NCBI GenBank assembly: GCA_964013405.1
Contig: CAXGWI010000048.1
Location: 1-22,059, forward strand
Origin: an uncultured Myxococcales bacterium
GTDB taxonomy: Bacteria > Myxococcota > UBA4151
Direction of reading: 5' to 3'
DNA: 22,059 bases
Shown: positions 8,006 through 17,390 of the stretch, one piece after another
Layout: every line of letters starts with the position of its first letter
Numbering within the stretch: the stretch's first letter is position 1
Notes under the pieces: generated by a model
Seen by the model: only the letters and a program-made list of their open reading frames with translations
The model's database searches: none
Told to the model about the DNA's origin: nothing
Made by a program: the position numbers and the translations under genes

Positions 8006-11000
8006 CTATTCCTGCTGGCAGGTCCCACTACAACCGTCGCCGCCCCAATCGTTGCCATCGTCACAGGCCTCGTAACCAGGCTGGCCCGGTTGCAGGTCCT
8101 GCCGGTGAATTCCATCGCCGCAGCGAGCAGCACGGCAACTGTTCAGGCAACCGTCGCCATTATCGTCATCACCATCATCACAGCCCTCGTAGTCCGGATG
8201 GTCGTCAGCCAAGTCAGCTCGCCGGACCCCATCGCCGCAGACCGCCCGAGCGCAATTGTTTCGACAATGGTCCGCATCGTCACCGTCGCCGTCATCGCAG
8301 AACTCGTATCCTTCCTCGTGCTCAAAGAGATCGTCCCGCAAGACGCCATCCCCACAGGCGGCCACCTGACAGTTGTTGCGACAGGCATTGCTGTCGATCC
8401 CATCGCCGTCATCACAGGCCTCTTGGTCCTGCCAGACAGAGCCGTCGCCACAACGGGCCTCAGCACAAAGGTTCGTACAGCCATCGTTGTCGTTGTTGTT
8501 GCCATCATCGCAAGTTTCATTGTTGAGCCAGAGGTGACCATCGCCGCAACTGGCTGACTGACAGTTGTTCAAGCAGGCATCGTTCTGTCGCTGGTTCCCA
8601 TCATCACAGGCCTCAGCATCGGGATGGTCTGCTGCCAAGTCCTGACGGCGTAATCCATCGCCGCACCGGGCCGCACGACAGTCGGTGAGACAAGCATCGA
8701 GGTCATCGAAGTTCCCATCATCGCAGTCCTCGACACCCGCTCGGGTAAAGCCGTCGCCGCAGCGGGCGAACACACAGGCCGACACACAGGCATCAGCGTC
8801 CGAATCATTGCCATCATCGCAGGCTTCAAATCCAGGCATCCCTTGGATGAGGTCGAGCCGGCGAATACCATCGCCACAGCGGGCGATCTGACATGTATTC
8901 GTGCAGCCATCACTGTCGTCCCGGTTGCCGTCATCACAGCCTTCATTGGGATCGAGGATGCCGTTGCCGCAGCCTTCGGCTCGGCAAAAGGCCGAACATC
9001 CATCCCCATCCTCTTGGTTGCCATCATCACAATCCTCGAAACCAAAGTCGCCGGGGGCAAGATCCCCACGGACCAAACCATCACCGCATAGGGCAGGACT
9101 GCAGTCATTACGGCAGGCATCAACCTCGACTTGATTGCCGTCATCACAGCTCTCGCCCGGATCGATGACCCCGTTGCCGCAGCCCTCCACCAGACAGAAA
9201 CGAGAGCAACCGTCCCCCGGAAGGTCATTGCCGTCGTCGCATTGCTCGTAACCTGGATGCCCAGGGGCGAGACCGGCCCGCAGGACGCCATCACCGCAAC
9301 GAGCGATGCCACATTGATTGGTGCATTCGTCACCATCGGCTAGGTTGCCATCATCGCAGCCTTCATAGCCTTCTTGCCCAATGAAGAGGTCACGGCGGCG
9401 AACGCCGTCGCCGCAGCGGGCTTCTTGGCAGGAAGCAAGGCAATGGTCGGTGTTGTCATCATCACCATCGTCGCAGGCTTCGTAGCCCTCATCCCCCACA
9501 TCGAGATCGCGCCGCCTGTGCCCATCACCGCAACGGGCCGCTCGACATAGGCGAACACACCCGTCCAAGAGATCCTCGTTACCGTCGTCACATTCTTCAT
9601 AGCCCAGATCCCCCGGGCCCAAATCGGCCCGGCGCACGCCGTCACCGCAGGACGCCTCACGACAGGTGCTTAGACAAGCATCCTCGTCCACCTCATTCCC
9701 ATCGTCACAGGCTTCGTAGCCCTCTTGGCCGGCGAGTCTGTCCTCCCGTCGAAAGCCGTCGCCGCAACGGGCACTCAGGCAGTCTTCAGTGCAACTGTCA
9801 CCATTGAATCCGTTACCATCATCACAGGCTTCGAAGCCCTCCTCACCGACTTGGAGGTCGCCACGCCGGTGTCCGTCACCGCAGCGAGCGGACTCACAAG
9901 CGCTTAAGCAGGCGTCGTCCTCGTCGTCATTTCCATCATCGCAGGCCTCATAGCCCTCATCGCCCAGGTCTAAATCGGACCGTCGAAAACCGTCGCCGCA
10001 GCGGGCCTGTTCACACAGGGCCGTACAGCCATCATCAGAGGCGTCGTTGCCGTCATCGCAAGCCTCGGCTTCGGCAAAGACAAATCCATCGCCACAACGA
10101 GCGCTTCGGCAGGTCTCGGGACAGTCATCACCGTTGTTCTCATTCCCGTCGTCGCAGGACTCGAAGCCCTCCTGGCCTTCGATCAAGTCCTGGCGATGGA
10201 ATCCGTCACCGCAGCGAGCAAATTGACAATCAGCCACGCAAGCATCGTCGTCGGACCCATTACCGTCATCACACTCTTCAACATCGGTGTAGACGAGGCC
10301 GTCACCGCAGGTCGCGAGTCGGCAGCGAGTCGTGCAGCCATCGGTATCGATCTCGTTGCCATCATCACAGGCCTCGCCCGCGGCCTCTTGTGTCACCCCA
10401 TCACCGCAATCCGGCAGTTGGCACTCGCTGGTACAACTGTCGCCGTCATCGTCGTTGCCATCGTCACAGGCTTCGTTGGGCCCGAGGAAGCCATCGCCGC
10501 AGCGATTCCGTAAACAGTTGGCTAAGCAGGCATCTTCATTCTCCTGATTACCGTCGTCGCATTCCTCATAGCCTTCCTCCCCAAGGGCGAGATCCAAGCG
10601 CAGGATGCCGTCACCACAACTGGCTCGACGGCAGCCCCCTAGGCAACCATCGCTGTTCTCCTCATTGCCATCGTCGCAGCCCTCGTAGCCCGGCTCGCCT
10701 TCGCTCAAGCCCAAGCGCACGTGTCCATCACCGCAGACAGAGGTGCGGCAATCAGTCGTGCAGGCATCATTGTCACTATCATTGCCATCGTCGCACTCTT
10801 CGAAACCCTCTTCTTCCGGCTGGGTCAGATCGTTCCGAAGCACCTGGTCGCCACAGTAGGCGACCTGACAGCTGGCCGTGCAGGCATCCCCTGGGGCGAG
10901 GTTGCCATCGTCGCAGCCCTCACCGACTTCAATACTGCCGTTGCCACAACTGGCTTCCCGGTCGAGAACAACAACCTGTTCACCGCCGCAGGAGAGCGAG

Positions 11001-11035
11001 CAGAGCGCAAAGCAAATGATCAGAATTCGTTGCAC
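8006..11035 (-). CDS. Large lipoprotein made entirely of 27 myxobacterial Cys-rich (DUF4215-like) repeats
   Basis: Signal/lipobox [16 protein letters not shown], then 27 units of CG[DN]G..E.CDDG[ND]....D.C...C counted by eye. GAGG RBS upstream of the GTG start. Confidence 0.85.
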   Translation of the reverse strand: MQRILIICFALCSLSCGGEQVVVLDREASCGNGSIEVGEGCDDGNLAPGDACTASCQVAYCGDQVLRNDLTQPEEEGFEECDDGNDSDNDACTTDCRTSVCGDGHVRLGLSEGEPGYEGCDDGNEENSDGCLGGCRRASCGDGILRLDLALGEEGYEECDDGNQENEDACLANCLRNRCGDGFLGPNEACDDGNDDDGDSCTSECQLPDCGDGVTQEAAGEACDDGNEIDTDGCTTRCRLATCGDGLVYTDVEECDDGNGSDDDACVADCQFARCGDGFHRQDLIEGQEGFESCDDGNENNGDDCPETCRSARCGDGFVFAEAEACDDGNDASDDGCTALCEQARCGDGFRRSDLDLGDEGYEACDDGNDDEDDACLSACESARCGDGHRRGDLQVGEEGFEACDDGNGFNGDSCTEDCLSARCGDGFRREDRLAGQEGYEACDDGNEVDEDACLSTCREASCGDGVRRADLGPGDLGYEECDDGNEDLLDGCVRLCRAARCGDGHRRRDLDVGDEGYEACDDGDDDNTDHCLASCQEARCGDGVRRRDLFIGQEGYEGCDDGNLADGDECTNQCGIARCGDGVLRAGLAPGHPGYEQCDDGNDLPGDGCSRFCLVEGCGNGVIDPGESCDDGNQVEVDACRNDCSPALCGDGLVRGDLAPGDFGFEDCDDGNQEDGDGCSAFCRAEGCGNGILDPNEGCDDGNRDDSDGCTNTCQIARCGDGIRRLDLIQGMPGFEACDDGNDSDADACVSACVFARCGDGFTRAGVEDCDDGNFDDLDACLTDCRAARCGDGLRRQDLAADHPDAEACDDGNQRQNDACLNNCQSASCGDGHLWLNNETCDDGNNNDNDGCTNLCAEARCGDGSVWQDQEACDDGDGIDSNACRNNCQVAACGDGVLRDDLFEHEEGYEFCDDGDGDDADHCRNNCARAVCGDGVRRADLADDHPDYEGCDDGDDDNGDGCLNSCRAARCGDGIHRQDLQPGQPGYEACDDGNDWGGDGCSGTCQQE
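8009..10948 (-). repeat. Intragenic degenerate tandem repeat: 27 units of 31-40 codons
   Basis: Recurring plus-strand motifs such as ccgtcgccgcag and ccatcatcgcaggc. 17 long and 10 short units plus the 29-aa leader sum exactly to 1009 aa. Confidence 0.85.
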
Positions 11036-11182
11036 GATGCGTGATCCTCAGGGGTGATTCTGGCCCCGGCGCCCTAAGGGCGCAAGGATGTGGCGCACAA
11101 AGAAAAGATTGAATAGGCCCCCTTTTCCCTAAGATCGCTTCGAGTTATCCTCGGTCCGATCGGCTCAGAATGGGGGGTTTCG

Positions 11183-11707
11183 ATGGCCAGTGAGTTTGAA
11201 GATTCCTATGATGCGTGGCTCGAGGGCCGGGAAGAACATGCGACCGATGCGCTCATCGAAGAGCGACTCGGCGACTGGGAGCTCTCCGCACCGGTCATGG
11301 TCGAGGAGGATTGCTGTTTGGCCGACGCTATTCGAACCATGAAGGACCGCCATGTGGGCTGTGTCATCGTCGGCTCTGGGCCCCGCGGGATGGTTGGAAT
11401 TTTCTCCGAGCGGGACTTGCTGGTCCGCGTCAGCCTCAAAGGCGTCGACGAGCAGACGGCCCCAATCAGTTCCTTCATGACCCATGCCCCCGAATGCCTA
11501 CACCGGGATGACTCCATTGCTCAGGCCCTGCACCTGATGATCCGAGAGGGGTTCAGACACGTTCCTGTCCTCGGCGATAACGACGAGTTGGTCGGTGTCT
11601 TCTCCATGCGTGATGTGGCTCGCTTCGTCGCTGAGCTCTTCCCCAAGGAAGTCCACAATGCGCCGCCAACCGGGCAGACTCGCCCACCGACGCGCTACGG
11701 CGGTTAA
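11183..11707 (+). CDS. Stand-alone CBS-pair protein
   Basis: AIRTMKDRHVGCVIV, MVGIFSERDLL, FMTHAPECL, ALHLMIREGFRHVPV and VGVFSMRDV. Its stop overlaps the convergent HD gene stop in TTAA (11704-11707). Confidence 0.9.
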   Translation: MASEFEDSYDAWLEGREEHATDALIEERLGDWELSAPVMVEEDCCLADAIRTMKDRHVGCVIVGSGPRGMVGIFSERDLLVRVSLKGVDEQTAPISSFMTHAPECLHRDDSIAQALHLMIREGFRHVPVLGDNDELVGVFSMRDVARFVAELFPKEVHNAPPTGQTRPPTRYGG

Positions 11708-12309
11708 GGCCGCAGAATCCCCAGACTGACCGCTTCCTCTGTTAGGGTGAGCAGGCGGCGCCAAAGGGCCGGGAACTCGTGCTCGATGATCTGGTTTCGA
11801 CTCAGGACTTGGTCCCGACAGATACCATGGCGGCGCCAACTCGAGTCGCCGCTATACCGATTGAGCAAGATGGGTTGAAAGCGGTCGATGGCAGATGCAG
11901 CCCTCGCCTCGGGGCTTTCCTGGGCCTCGAACTCACGCCAAACCGAGTGGAGTTGCCGGCCTTGCTGTTCTGGTAAGAGGCCAAAAAGGCGCCGGGCCGC
12001 CTCCTCTTCCCGTTCGGCTTTGTCTTTATGGCCACGATCATCGTAGGCAAAAGTATCGCCCGCATCGATCTCAACGAGATCGTGGAGCAGGAGCATCTGA
12101 ATTACCCGGTACCGATCCACCCCCTCGGGTAGATCGAGAACCAGGCCAAACAGCGCTAGATGCCAACTATGTTCGGCGGTGTTTTCCCGACGCTCGACAT
12201 GGGCACAATGATTCTGTCGCTCCACGCCTTTGAGCCGGTCGGCTTCCAAGAGAAAGGCCAGTTGGTCATCAAGAGTGTCCCCATCCGGGGGCTTTGAACT
12301 GCTCGCCAT
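11704..12309 (-). CDS. HD-domain hydrolase (HDDC2/YfbR-like putative 5'-deoxynucleotidase)
   Basis: EADRLKGVER, RRENTAEHSWHLAL, MLLLHDLVEIDAGDT, WREFE..ESPEAR and IDRFQP. Start is ATG 12309 or TTG 12318. Confidence 0.88.
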   Translation of the reverse strand: MASSSKPPDGDTLDDQLAFLLEADRLKGVERQNHCAHVERRENTAEHSWHLALFGLVLDLPEGVDRYRVIQMLLLHDLVEIDAGDTFAYDDRGHKDKAEREEEAARRLFGLLPEQQGRQLHSVWREFEAQESPEARAASAIDRFQPILLNRYSGDSSWRRHGICRDQVLSRNQIIEHEFPALWRRLLTLTEEAVSLGILRP

Positions 12310-12331
12310 CTTCACCAACGGGGCCGAAGCC

Positions 12332-13552
12332 TCAGGCCTGAGCCCGGCGGAGCCGTTGACTCAGTTCTCGGCTGAATTGCTTGTAGAACTTTCGCGCAAC
12401 CTCCGGATTGGAATCGAGGGTTTGGCGAAAGTCCTCCAGCGAGATGGTCAGCATGCCACAACGCTCCAATGAAACCACGGCCGCGGACGTCGGCTGCTCA
12501 TCCACGAGACTCATCTCCCCAAACCATGAACCGGGCCTGAGTTGGGCGAGTTCCTCGCCACCTCGACGAATACTCACCGTACCGCGTACGAGGATGAAGA
12601 GGGAGTGACCTGTCTGCCCCTCGGAAATCAGCGTCACGCCCGGCTCGACGATTTTACGCTCGAAGTGGTCGTAGATCTCGCGCAATTCGGCCAGGCTGCA
12701 CTCCGACAGCAAAGCATGGTCCTTCAAGCGCTCGAGGCCTGCGCGGGTACGAGCATCCATAAAATCGTCCACTACCGGTGGCGAACTGACCACCGGTTGC
12801 CCTTGGCCCAACCCAGCCAGCAACTCGGTAATATCCGCAAAGCCGACGTTCCACGCGGCGATCTGCTCCAAGAGTTGCCGGGCCGTCGTCACATCCCCAA
12901 GGTCCCGTTGAATCAAGGCCATCTGCCTGTACAGCGGGGCGGTATCATCATCGATGTCCCGGGCTTCCAAAGCCAACTCGAGTCGCTTCAAGCCAAGGGC
13001 TGAGAGTTGGGCCTGGTGCAGCGCTTCCGAGGCGAGCAAGGTCGCCTCAAAATAATGCTCAGACTCGGGGGCAACCGATTGCAACAGGGGAATCGCCCGG
13101 TCGCCCCGGCCGGCCTGCAACAAACAGCGTCCTGCCTGAAACCCGTCGCCGGATTTTTCGAAGGCATTACCCGCCTTCGCCGGGTCATCGAGACGCAAAT
13201 ACAAGGCCGCGGCTTTGCCGTACTCTCCCCCTTGCTCGTAAGCATGGGCCGCCTCAACTTCCATCCCAGCCCGCCAAAACATCTCCGCGGCGCTCAACGC
13301 ATCATTGGCCTTAAGGTACATCTTCCCGGCCTGGCCATGGGAGCCGACTTCTTCGAAGCACAGCGCGACCATGCGAAAGGAGCGAGCCTCAAAGAAGACC
13401 TTCGCAAGATTGCCCAAGCGGCGGCCGTCCCGGGCTGCTCGCTCGATCAGTTGATAGCCGAGTGGCGCCCTGGTTTCGCTCAAAATAGCAACGGCCTCGG
13501 CCGTCTTTCCGCTCGCAATCAGTGCTTCTATCCGCTCGAGTTCCGCTTGCAT
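12332..13552 (-). CDS. TPR/SNAP-like helical repeat protein with a C-terminal cyclic-nucleotide-binding domain and no HTH
   Basis: Repeats of the AAEMF..AG / AAHAYEQGG / AGNAFEKSG type; C-terminal LISEGQTGHSLFILVRGTVSI...GSWFGEMSLVDEQPTSAAV. A GAGGAG RBS favours ATG 13552 over 13618. Confidence 0.8.
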   Translation of the reverse strand: MQAELERIEALIASGKTAEAVAILSETRAPLGYQLIERAARDGRRLGNLAKVFFEARSFRMVALCFEEVGSHGQAGKMYLKANDALSAAEMFWRAGMEVEAAHAYEQGGEYGKAAALYLRLDDPAKAGNAFEKSGDGFQAGRCLLQAGRGDRAIPLLQSVAPESEHYFEATLLASEALHQAQLSALGLKRLELALEARDIDDDTAPLYRQMALIQRDLGDVTTARQLLEQIAAWNVGFADITELLAGLGQGQPVVSSPPVVDDFMDARTRAGLERLKDHALLSECSLAELREIYDHFERKIVEPGVTLISEGQTGHSLFILVRGTVSIRRGGEELAQLRPGSWFGEMSLVDEQPTSAAVVSLERCGMLTISLEDFRQTLDSNPEVARKFYKQFSRELSQRLRRAQA

Positions 13553-13671
13553 CGCCAGGCTCCTCACCTGACCTATCGAAATCGAAGCGACCTGGGGAGC
13601 CCCGTTCGAAGGCTTCATGCCAGGGTCGACACGAAAGCCACCTCAACCCGGGCTTCTAAAGCCCCTGGACT

Positions 13672-15018
13672 TTAGGGTACCGGCGCGACGATGCCGCCCA
13701 CCAGGTCGTAATCATCGACCTGTTCCACTTGAACCGTCACGATGCTGCCAGGCTCAGCCCAGCCATCGTTGATGTAGCAGGTTCCGTCGATCTCAGGGGC
13801 CTGCCCGGCTGTGCGCCCGGAGAGGAGCAGTTCCGTCTGCTCGCTAGGACCATCCACGAGGACCTGCATCTCTTGGCCGAGCAGGCGATCATTGTGCTCG
13901 CGGTGAATTGCCCCCTGGATCCGTAGCAACTCGGACTGGCGCTCGAACTTGGTCCGCTCATCCACTTGATCTGGATGGTGATAGGCCGGGGTTCCTTCTT
14001 CATTGGAATAGCGAAAGACACCCAGTCGCTCGAAACGGAACTCCTCGACGAAGTCGCAAAGCTCTTTGAATTCCGCATCGGTCTCGCCGGGAAAGCCAGC
14101 GATCAACGTGGAGCGCATCGTCAAACCGGGGACCTGATCCCGCAGGCGCCCAAGAATCTGGCGAATCTTGTCGGGGCTCGTCCCCCGGTTCATCCGTTTG
14201 AGCATGGCCCCATTGATGTGCTGAATCGGCATATCCAAATAGGGCAGCACTTTGTCGTGGTCCCTGAGGAGCTCGATCAATGGTTCGCGGATGTTGCGGG
14301 GATAGGCATACATCAAACGAATCCAGGCGATGCCCTCCACTTCGGTCAGCGCGACGACCAAGTCATGAAGTTGGGGGCGATGGGGTAAATCGACACCATA
14401 GGCAGTCAGGTCCTGCGCGACGAGAATCAACTCCTTCACGCCGGAGGCGGCCAAGCGCTCCGCCTCGATCACCAAGTCCGGAATCTCGCGACTGTTTTGT
14501 AGGCCTCGAAGCGTGGGTATGATGCAGAATGCACACTTGTTCGAGCAGCCCTCCGCAATCTTCAAATAGGCCGTATGCTGGGGCATCGAGTTGACTCGAG
14601 GGACCGCAGAGGTAGCGACAAAGTCCGGATCGCTGACCACCCGCCGCTGCATGTCTGCAGTGCGGGCCAAGACTTCGCCGATCCGATCGTACTCACTGGT
14701 ACCAAGAAAGACATCCACCTCGGGGATCTCTTGGGACAGCTCGTTCACGTAGCGCTGGGCCAAGCAACCACTGACCACCAAGGCCTTGCAGCGCCCCTCG
14801 GTCTTGTAGTCAGCCATTTCTAAAATGGCGTCGACGCTTTCTTCTTTCGCTTCGCCAATAAAGGCGCAGGTGTTCACAACAATCGCCTCGGCCTCGGCCG
14901 GCGCGTCGACCACCTGCCAGCCTTCCACGCCGAGGAGGGCCAACATGTGCTCTGCGTCGACACGATTTTTGGGACAGCCCAAACTCACAAAGTGAACATT
15001 TCTCTGTGCAATCGCCAT
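13672..15018 (-). CDS. rimO: Ribosomal protein S12 methylthiotransferase RimO
   Basis: SLGCPKNRVD, VNTCAFI, SGCLAQRY, radical SAM motif CSNKCAFC, YLDMPIQH and C-terminal TRAM region QAPEIDG. Confidence 0.95.
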   Translation of the reverse strand: MAIAQRNVHFVSLGCPKNRVDAEHMLALLGVEGWQVVDAPAEAEAIVVNTCAFIGEAKEESVDAILEMADYKTEGRCKALVVSGCLAQRYVNELSQEIPEVDVFLGTSEYDRIGEVLARTADMQRRVVSDPDFVATSAVPRVNSMPQHTAYLKIAEGCSNKCAFCIIPTLRGLQNSREIPDLVIEAERLAASGVKELILVAQDLTAYGVDLPHRPQLHDLVVALTEVEGIAWIRLMYAYPRNIREPLIELLRDHDKVLPYLDMPIQHINGAMLKRMNRGTSPDKIRQILGRLRDQVPGLTMRSTLIAGFPGETDAEFKELCDFVEEFRFERLGVFRYSNEEGTPAYHHPDQVDERTKFERQSELLRIQGAIHREHNDRLLGQEMQVLVDGPSEQTELLLSGRTAGQAPEIDGTCYINDGWAEPGSIVTVQVEQVDDYDLVGGIVAPVP

Positions 15019-15022
15019 GGAA

Positions 15023-15511
15023 TCAGTCTCGGAAGTTCTTGAAGGAAAGGGGGCGGTTGAGGTCGTCGAGGGATCGCATCAGCGCCATCGCCTGCTGAAG
15101 GTCATCTCGCTTCTTGCCCGTGACCCGCAGCCCGTCCCCTTGAATCTGGCCCTGAACCTTGAGTTTGGAGCCCTTGAGCGCCTTGATAATCTTGCCCGCT
15201 TCCTCCCGGGGGATGCCCTCCTGGCGCACAATACCCAAACGAGAGTTCATGCCGCCAGCGGCCTCGGGCTCGCCGAAATCGAAGAATTTTTGGCTCACAC
15301 CGCGCCGGGCCAACTTTTCTTGGAACACCTGCAGGGCGGCCTTGGCCCGCTCCTCGGTCCCGGAAAAGATTGTGAAGCCCTCGCCGGCGTCGTCGATCCG
15401 CGTGTCAGTGCCACGAAAATCGTATCGTTGCGCCAGTTCCCGCCGGGCCTGATCCACAGCATTTTGTAACTCGTGAGCGTCCAACTCGCTGACCACGTCA
15501 AAGCTTGGCAT
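15023..15511 (-). CDS. yajQ: YajQ family nucleotide/c-di-GMP-binding protein
   Basis: MPSFDVVSE, NAVDQA.RE...RYDFRGT and KLKVQGQIQGDGLRVTGKKRDDLQ...F.NFRD. The RBS AGAGGA precedes ATG 15511. Confidence 0.95.
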   Translation of the reverse strand: MPSFDVVSELDAHELQNAVDQARRELAQRYDFRGTDTRIDDAGEGFTIFSGTEERAKAALQVFQEKLARRGVSQKFFDFGEPEAAGGMNSRLGIVRQEGIPREEAGKIIKALKGSKLKVQGQIQGDGLRVTGKKRDDLQQAMALMRSLDDLNRPLSFKNFRD

Positions 15512-15657
15512 CGGTGATTCTTCCTCTTTCACTGTCTCTAAGCGGGCCACCTATAGCGAGGCTGGGGCTGGGAAGCGAGGCAAGGATGAGCTTTCCTCAG
15601 CGGGCCGGTTTTACCCCCGCCCACTTTGGTATACGTTCCGGCCGGAAGCAGAAACCC

Positions 15658-16455
15658 ATGGTCCGAGCGTTTACCCTCCTCAGCCTCGTCCTCTGCGTCA
15701 CTGCCTGTGGTGGCGATGAAATCTATCATGATCTCACGGAAAACCAGGCGATCCAGATGCAGGTCTTATTGGAAACTGCAGGGGTGGACTCCACAAAGGT
15801 ACGAGATACCTCAGGGCGAACACCGACGTACACGATCGTGGTGGCAGGACGTGATGCGGCCAAGGCTCGACGCCTCGTCCTCGACCGCGATCTTCCCCGC
15901 CAGGATTCGAAGGGCATGGCCGAAACCTTTTCGGCCGATCCGGGCCTCATCCCAACGGCCACCCAAGAGCGCGCCCGTTTGATCGCCGCCCTGTCTGGAG
16001 AGGTTGAGGAGAAACTCAAGCTGATCCCCGGGCTGGTCGACGCCCATGTCACGGTGGTGATGCCTGAAGAGGACCCACTCCGGGATGCGGATAAAGCGCC
16101 GACGCCACCCACAGCCAGCGTCGTCTACCGTTACCAGCCGGCCGTTGGTGTACCCGCAGACAAAGTCGCTCCGCCTCTTGGCGAAGCCGATGCTCGCAGT
16201 CTCGTGGCCGCCTCGGTCCCCGGACTCACCCCCAACAATGTGGTCGTCGTTTCTCGTCTGGCCACCAGTGATCTGCTTCCCGAACCCGGTCACGAAGGTG
16301 AGGTCTCGGTGCTCGGCGTTCGTATCCACAGCAGTTCACGCAGCCGTTTCTTGGCCATCGTGATCGGTCTCGTCGGTGCGGCATTGTTGTCCCTGCTTGG
16401 CCTCGCATGGGTGCTTTTCGGCCGTTCACGGTTGTCTGAATCTGACGAGGTATGA
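15658..16455 (+). CDS. sctJ: Type III secretion inner-membrane ring lipoprotein (SctJ/YscJ family)
   Basis: Lipobox LCVTA-C; IYHDLTENQA; LPR...F....LIPTATQERAR...ALSGEVEEKL..IPGLVDAHVTVVMP; TASV; LVAASVPGL...NVVV; C-terminal TM. Start moved from 15505 to ATG 15658. Confidence 0.9.
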   Translation: MVRAFTLLSLVLCVTACGGDEIYHDLTENQAIQMQVLLETAGVDSTKVRDTSGRTPTYTIVVAGRDAAKARRLVLDRDLPRQDSKGMAETFSADPGLIPTATQERARLIAALSGEVEEKLKLIPGLVDAHVTVVMPEEDPLRDADKAPTPPTASVVYRYQPAVGVPADKVAPPLGEADARSLVAASVPGLTPNNVVVVSRLATSDLLPEPGHEGEVSVLGVRIHSSSRSRFLAIVIGLVGAALLSLLGLAWVLFGRSRLSESDEV

Positions 16456-17390
16456 GCGAAGAACTCTCCCAGACCCAACTCCATCCTGGAGCCATTGATC
16501 CGGCCCACGACGCAGCCCTCATTTGGGCTCTTGGCACGCAGGGGGATGAGGCACTGCTTGAGGGCTTGGGGGAGCCCCGTCGTAGCCTGATCGCCGAGGG
16601 GGTCGCGAAGATCCGCAAGATGCCACGGGAGCAACGCATCGCCTTTGCTGGGCGGGAAGCCCGCCGGCTTTCTTCCGCTCGCCTGCGACGGGGACTCGAA
16701 GGCATTGACCCCAGTTGGCTGGTCGATGGCCTGCGCGGTGAGGACCCCTATATCGTCGGGGCTGCCCTCAGTTTTTTGCCCACCCCGATACGCCGATCCG
16801 TCGAACGCCGACTGCCGACGAAGGTACGAGATGCCATGCCAGACCGCCAACGCATCGCCGGTATGGAAAAGGTCTGGCTTGTCCGCATTCGCGAACTCTT
16901 GGACCGGCGCCTGATTGACCTCATGCCCATGCTCAAGCGGGGGACCGTCGTCGATCTAGAGACCGTGGAGGCGGCCCTACGTGAACTGGGGCGTGCGGAG
17001 GCAGCCCTTGGTCTCCAGCCCTTAGGGCGAACCGTGCTGGCAAACTTTATCGCCCGGCTTGACCCAGAAAAGGCAAATCGGGTGAGGCAGGCGGTCAAAT
17101 CGGCGCGAACGAGCGATCCGGAACGAGGTGAGCGAGCCCAGCGCTTTTGGGGGCGGGGAGTCGATGGCGACGCCTCGATGGAAGAGATCGAGTTGCGAGC
17201 CGGTCTTTGGCTACTCGCCCATGTACTTGCGGACGAGGCCTGGGAGGAACATCTACGGGCCCATTTTGTCTATCTTCCCCGTGGCTGGGTCCGCGAAGTC
17301 GAGCGACTCAAAGAGCTGGCTCGACCACCGGAGCCAGGGTTTGCACTCGGCCTCCTGCAGGCCCTGGGCATGGAAGTTGGGGAAGACTGA
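16452..17390 (+). CDS. SctK-position protein with FliG-like motif (putative sorting-platform/ring adaptor)
   Basis: Lies between sctJ and sctL with ATGA and TGATG overlaps. IDPSWLVDGLRGEDPYIVGAALSFLP resembles the FliG middle-domain DP..L.....EHPQ.IA.IL..L motif. Confidence 0.55.
   Translation: MSEELSQTQLHPGAIDPAHDAALIWALGTQGDEALLEGLGEPRRSLIAEGVAKIRKMPREQRIAFAGREARRLSSARLRRGLEGIDPSWLVDGLRGEDPYIVGAALSFLPTPIRRSVERRLPTKVRDAMPDRQRIAGMEKVWLVRIRELLDRRLIDLMPMLKRGTVVDLETVEAALRELGRAEAALGLQPLGRTVLANFIARLDPEKANRVRQAVKSARTSDPERGERAQRFWGRGVDGDASMEEIELRAGLWLLAHVLADEAWEEHLRAHFVYLPRGWVREVERLKELARPPEPGFALGLLQALGMEVGED

Noticed and set aside
8006..11035. Periodic DNA motifs that might suggest a CRISPR array
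   Set aside because: The units are degenerate at the DNA level, stay in frame, are conserved as protein, and no cas genes are present.
7793..11044. Many plus-strand and alternate-frame ORFs (e.g. 7793-8557, 7987-8526, 10390-11019) rich in V/I/A/T or R/H
   Set aside because: They are shadows of the Asp/Cys/Gly-rich repeat gene on the opposite strand or in other frames, with no independent motifs.
11089..11099. TGTG..CACA as a CRP site or TGGCGC as a sigma54 -24 box
   Set aside because: The spacing does not match TGTGA-N6-TCACA, and there is no -12 TTGC element.
13007..13675. 222-aa plus-strand ORF
   Set aside because: It is antisense to the TPR-cNMP gene and has no recognisable motifs.
15505..15657. 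ORF-track N-terminal extension of sctJ, and of yajQ to 15550
   Set aside because: The two extensions would overlap head-to-head. The lipoprotein signal starts at 15658 and the YajQ consensus start MPSFD is at 15511.
17147..17389. ORF-track 81-aa extension of sctL
   Set aside because: It overlaps the upstream gene, and ATG 17390 is coupled to that gene's stop (TGATG).
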